This document shows, piece after piece, positions 58,201 through 64,000 of a stretch of DNA of 64,000 bases. Numbering within the stretch: the first letter of the stretch is position 1; each line of letters begins with the position of its first letter. The notes beneath the pieces were generated by a model. The model ran no database searches, was not told where the DNA came from, and was given only the letters and a program-made list of their open reading frames with translations. The stretch covers positions 47,988,001 through 48,052,000 of the forward strand of contig OZ076415.1 in NCBI GenBank assembly GCA_964187785.1. Reading direction: 5' to 3'. This DNA is from Amphiscolops sp. MND2022. Lineage: Eukaryota. The position numbers and the translations under genes are program-made.

Positions 58201-61200
58201 AGCACAACGTTCGGGAGGTTAGGAAACGAAATCTACCACATTGAAAGCAACTGAAAGCACAAAAACGCAACAATGAGAACAGACAGAAAAAGGCGCGACG
58301 GGAGTCGAACCTAAAACCTTCTACATAGGAGGCAGACAACTTATCCAACGCAGCAGCGAGCATCAAAACATTCACATAAAAGTGGTCATTACCTGAAAAG
58401 GCAACGTCATCTATTCATCATTGCAGCGCAGGCCTACGAAAAGCACAAATTGACAACATAGGAACGAACAAGAAAACAGCCAGGACGGGACTCGAACCCG
58501 CAATCTTCTACTTAGGAGACACACGCTTCATCTATTAGGCCACGCGGCTGTGAGCATCAAAACAAGAAGCTGGAGGTTGTCATTACCTGAAAGCGCAACG
58601 TCATCTATTCATTGTTCCAGCGAAGGCCAACAAAAAGCACAAATTGACAACATGGGAACCAACAAGAAAACAGCCACGACGGGACTCGAGCCCGCAATCT
58701 TCTACTTAGGAGGCAGACGCCTTATCCATTAGGCCACGCGGCTGTGAGCATCCAAACATGAAGCTGAAGGTGATCATTGCCTGGAAACTCTACTTCATCC
58801 ATTCATCGTTCCAGTGCAGACCAACAAAAAGAATAATTTGACAAAATGGGAACCATTACGAAAACAGCCACGACGGGACTCGAACCCACAATCTTCTACT
58901 TAGGAGGCAGACGCCTTATCCATTAGGCCACGCAGATGTGAGCATCCAAACATGAAGCTGAAGATGAAAGCTAACTGAAAAAGCCGGAGTATTCTCACGT
59001 GTATTATCGGAATCTGACATAGAATCCAGGTCGAACCGCGATGAAATCTAGCACAACTTTCAGGAGGTTAAGGAAACGAAATCTACCACGTTGAAAGCAA
59101 CTGAAAGCACAAAAACGCAACAATGAGAACAGACAGAAAAAGGCGCGACGAGAGTCGAACCTAAAACCTTCTACATAGGAGACAGACAACTTATCCAAAG
59201 CAGCTGCGAGCATCAAAACATTCACATAAAAGTTGTCATTACCTGAAAACGCAACGTCATCTATTCATCGTTGCAGCGCAGACCTACGAAAAGCACAAAT
59301 TGACAACATGGGAACGAACAAGAAAACAGCCAGGGCGGGACTCGAAGCCGCAATCTTCTACTTAGGAGGCACACGCTTCATCTATAAGGCCACGCGGCTG
59401 TGAGCATCAAAACAAGAAGCTGAAGGTTGTCATTACCTGAAAACGCAACGTCATCTATTCATTGTTCCAGCGAAGGCCAACAAAAAGCACAATTTGACAA
59501 CATGGGAACCAACAAGAAAACAGCCACGACGGGACTCGAACCCGCAATCTTCTACTTAGGAGGCAGACGCCTTATCCATTAGGCCACGCGGCTGTGAGCA
59601 TCCAAACATGAAGCTGAAGGTGATCATTGCATGAAAGCTCTACTTCATCCATTCATCGTTCCAGTGCAGACCAACAAAAACAATAATTTGACAAAATGGG
59701 AACCATTAGGAAAACAGCCACGACGGGACTCGAACCCACAATCTTCTACTTAGGAGGCAGACGCCTTATTCATTAGGCCACGCAGATGTGAGCATCCAAA
59801 CATGAAGCTGAAGATGAAAGCCAACTGAAAAAGCCGGAGTATTCTCTCGTGTATTATCGGAATCTGACATAGAATCCAGGTCGAACCGCGATGAAATCTA
59901 GCACAACTTTCAGGAGGTCAGGAAACGAAATCTACCACGTTGAAAGCAACTGAAAGCACAAAAACCCAACAATGAGGACAGACAAAGGCGCGATGAAAGT
60001 CGAACCTAAAACCTTCTACATAGGAGACAGACACCTTATCCAATATGCCACGCAGCTGCGAGCATCAAAACATTCACCTAAAAGTGGTCATTACCTGAAA
60101 ACGCAACGTCATCTATTCATTGTTCCAGCGAAGGCCAACAAAAAGCACAAATTGACAACATGAGAACAAACAAGAAAACAGCCACGACGGGACTCGAACC
60201 CGCAATCTTCTACTTAGGAGGCAGACGCCTTATCCATTAGGCCACGCGGCTGTGAGCATCCAAACATGAAGCTGAAGGTGATCAATGCCTGAAAACTCTA
60301 CTTCATCCATTCATCGTTCCAGCGCAGACCAACGAAAAGAACAAATTGACAAAATGGGAACCATTACGAAAACAGCCACGACGGACTCGAACCCACAATC
60401 TTCTACTTAGGAGGCAGACGCCTTATCCATTAGGCCACGCGGCTGTGAGCATCCAAACATGAAGCTGAAGATGAAAGCTAACTGAAAAATCGGAGTATTC
60501 TCTCGTGTATTATCGGAACTCAGCATCTGACATAGAATCCAGGTCGAACCGCGATGAAATCTAGCACAACGTTCAGGAGGTTAGGAAACGAAATCTACCA
60601 CATTGAAAGCACAAAAACACAAGAATGAGAACAGACAGAAAAAAGCGCGACGAGAGTCGAACCTAAAACCTTCTACATAGGAGACAGACACCTTATCCAA
60701 TATGCCACGCAGCTGCGAGCATCAAAACATTCACCTAAAAGTGGTCATTACCTGAAAACGCAACGTCATCTATTCATTGTTCCAGCGAAGGCCAACAAAA
60801 AGCACAATTTGACAACATGGGAACCAACAAGAAAACAGCCACGACGGGACTCGAACCCGCAATCTTCTACTTAGGAGGCAGACGCCTTATCCATTAGGCC
60901 ACGCGGCTGTGAGCATCCAAACATGAAGCTGAAGGTGATCATTGCCTGAAAACTCTACTTCATCCATTCATCGTTCCAGTGCAGACCAACAAAAAGAATA
61001 ATTTGACAAAATGGGAACCATTACGAAAACAGCCACGACGGGACTCGAACCCACAATCTTCTACTTAGGAGGCAGACGCCTTATCCATTAGGCCACGCAG
61101 ATGTGAGCATCCAAACATGAAGCTGAAGATGAAAGCTAACTGAAAAAGCCGGAGTATTCTCTCGTGTATTATCGGAATCTGACATAGAATCCAGGTCGAA

Positions 61201-64000
61201 CCGCGATGAAATCTAGCACAACTTTCAGGAGGTTAGGAAACGAAATCTACCACGTTGAAAGCAACTGAAAGCACAAAAACCCAACAATGAGAACAGACAG
61301 AAAAAGGCGCGACGAGAGTCGAACCTAAAACCTTCTACATAGGAGACAGACACCTTATCCAATATGCCACGCAGCTGCAAGCATCAAAACATTCACCTAA
61401 AAGTGGTCATTACCTGAAAACGCAACGTCATCTATTCATCGTTGCAGCGCAGGCCTACGAAAAGCACAAATTGACAACATGGGAACGAACAAGAAAACAG
61501 CCAGGGCGGGACTCGAAGCCGCAATCTTCTACTTAGGAGGCACACGCTTCATCTATAAGGCCACGCGGCTGTGAGCATCAAAACAAGAAGCTGAAGGTTG
61601 TCATTACCTGAAAACGCAACGTCATCTATTCATTGTTCCAGCGAAGGCCAACAAAAAGCACAATTTGACAACATGGGAACCAACAAGAAAACAGCCACGA
61701 CGGGACTCGAACCCGCAATCTTCTACTTAGGAGGCAGACGCCTTATCCATTAGGCCACGCGTCTGTGAGCATCCAAACATGAAGCTGAAGGTGATCATTG
61801 CCTGAAAACTCTACTTCATCCATTCATCGTTCCAGTGCAGACCAACAAAAAGAATAATTTGACAAAATGGGAACCTTTAGGAAAACAACCACGACGGGAC
61901 TCGAACCCACAATCTTCTACTTAGGAGGCAGACGCCTTATCCATTAGGCCACGCAGATGTGAGCATCCGAACATGAAGCTGAAGATGAAAGCTAACTGAA
62001 AAAGCCGGAGTATTCTCTCGTGTATTATCGGAATCTGACATAGAATCCAGGTCGAACCGCGATGAAATCTAGCACAACTTTCAGGTTAGGAAACGAAATC
62101 TACCACGTTGAAAGCAACTGAAAGCACAAAAACCCAACAATGAGAACAGACAGAAAAAGGCGCGACGAGAGTCGAACCTAAAACCTTCTACATAGGAGAC
62201 AGACACCTTATCCAATATGCCACGCAGCTGCGAGCATCAAAACATTCACCTAAAAGTGGTCATTACCTGAAAACGCAACGTCATCTATTCATCATTGCAG
62301 CGCAGGCCTACGAAAAGCACAAATTGACAACATAGGAACGAACAAGAAAACAGCCAGGACGGGACTCGAACCCGCAATCTTCTACTTAGGAGACACACGC
62401 TTCATCTATAAGGCCACGCGGCTGTGAGCATCAAAACAAGAAGCTGGAGGTTGTCATTACCTGAAAGCGCAACGTCATCTATTCATTGTTCCAGCGAAGG
62501 CCAACAAAAAGCACAAATTGACAACATGGGAACCAACAAGAAAACAGCCACGACGGGACTCGAGCCCGCAATCTTCTACTTAGGAGGCAGACGCCTTATC
62601 CATTAGGCCACGCGGCTGTGAGCATCCAAACATGAAGCTGAAGGTGATCATTGCCTGGAAACTCTACTTCATCCATTCATCGTTCCAGTGCAGACCAACA
62701 AAAAGAATAATTTGACAAAATGGGAACCATTACGAAAACAGCCACGACGGGACTCGAACCCACAATCTTCTACTTAGGAGGCAGACGCCTTATCCATTAG
62801 GCCACGCAGATGTGAGCATCCAAACATGAAGCTGAAGATGAAAGCTAACTGAAAAAGCCGGAGTATTCTCACGTGTATTATCGGAATCTGACATAGAATC
62901 CAGGTCGAACCGCGATGAAATCTAGCACAACTTTCAGGAGGTTAAGGAAACGAAATCTACCACGTTGAAAGCAACTGAAAGCACAAAAACGCAACAATGA
63001 GAACAGACAGAAAAAGGCGCGACGAGAGTCGAACCTAAAACCTTCTACATAGGAGACAGACAACTTATCCAAAGCAGCTGCGAGCATCAAAACATTCACA
63101 TAAAAGTTGTCATTACCTGAAAACGCAACGTCATCTATTCATCGTTGCAGCGCAGACCTACGAAAAGCACAAATTGACAACATGGGAACGAACAAGAAAA
63201 CAGCCAGGGCGGGACTCGAAGCCGCAATCTTCTACTTAGGAGGCACACGCTTCATCTATAAGGCCACGCGGCTGTGAGCATCAAAACAAGAAGCTGAAGG
63301 TTGTCATTACCTGAAAACGCAACGTCATCTATTCATTGTTCCAGCGAAGGCCAACAAAAAGCACAATTTGACAACATGGGAACCAACAAGAAAACAGCCA
63401 CGACGGGACTCGAACCCGCAATCTTCTACTTAGGAGGCAGACGCCTTATCCATTAGGCCACGCGGCTGTGAGCATCCAAACATGAAGCTGAAGGTGATCA
63501 TTGCATGAAAGCTCTACTTCATCCATTCATCGTTCCAGTGCAGACCAACAAAAACAATAATTTGACAAAATGGGAACCATTAGGAAAACAGCCACGACGG
63601 GACTCGAACCCACAATCTTCTACTTAGGAGGCAGACGCCTTATTCATTAGGCCACGCAGATGTGAGCATCCAAACATGAAGCTGAAGATGAAAGCCAACT
63701 GAAAAAGCCGGAGTATTCTCTCGTGTATTATCGGAATCTGACATAGAATCCAGGTCGAACCGCGATGAAATCTAGCACAACTTTCAGGAGGTCAGGAAAC
63801 GAAATCTACCACGTTGAAAGCAACTGAAAGCACAAAAACCCAACAATGAGGACAGACAAAGGCGCGATGAAAGTCGAACCTAAAACCTTCTACATAGGAG
63901 ACAGACACCTTATCCAATATGCCACGCAGCTGCGAGCATCAAAACATTCACCTAAAAGTGGTCATTACCTGAAAACGCAACGTCATCTATTCATTGTTCC

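Larger units (their letters stand above)
45216..64000 (-). repeat. Tandem array of about 86 tRNA-Arg(CCT) genes/pseudogenes with higher-order structure; runs off the window
   Basis: 73-nt tRNA units recur at 194-bp (short spacer) or ~281-bp (long spacer) intervals. Manual count: about 43 canonical-type, 26 B-type, 15 C-type and 2 hybrids. Confidence 0.95.

Noticed and set aside
46754-63099. Recurrent 60-90 aa ORFs in the array (MRTDRKRR..., MSIKTRSW..., MNVLMLAA...)
   Set aside because: They are read-through of tRNA and spacer sequence, broken in most units and often with non-ATG starts.
45216-64000. CRISPR-like repeat/spacer array
   Set aside because: The spacers are themselves repeated, the repeats fold as tRNA-Arg, there are no cas genes and the context is eukaryotic.

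Overview
AT-rich eukaryotic (animal-like, spliceosomal introns) window with three parts. (1) 828-13514: a complete 12.7-kb Ty3/Gypsy-type LTR retroelement on the minus strand. It has 444-bp LTRs in which I see no differences, a 5-bp GCGTT target-site duplication, a PBS, gag, pol (PR-RT-RNaseH-IN) and a class I fusion env. It also carries unexpected cargo: a TARG1/OARD1-type macrodomain fused to the integrase C-terminus, an antisense intronless JmjC (KDM2/KDM7-like) oxygenase ORF, two small orphan ORFs, and a 13-bp motif repeated four times at ~180-bp spacing. A single -1 frame break splits the integrase. (2) ~13.5-45 kb: a multi-exon DENND2-family host gene (minus strand, ~17918-36642) among decayed BEL/Pao and LINE fragments, TA-flanked MITEs, tRNA-derived heads and an abundant GGGGACCC-rich repeat family. 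(3) 45216 to the window end: a tandem array of about 86 (manual count) tRNA-Arg(CCT) genes and pseudogenes in three sequence subtypes, arranged as nested higher-order repeats (194/281, 475, 863, 1523 and 3874 bp). The leading candidate for an undescribed system is the env-bearing retroelement carrying both an ADP-ribose eraser and a JmjC domain. All domain calls are by-eye motif recognition; no searches were run.
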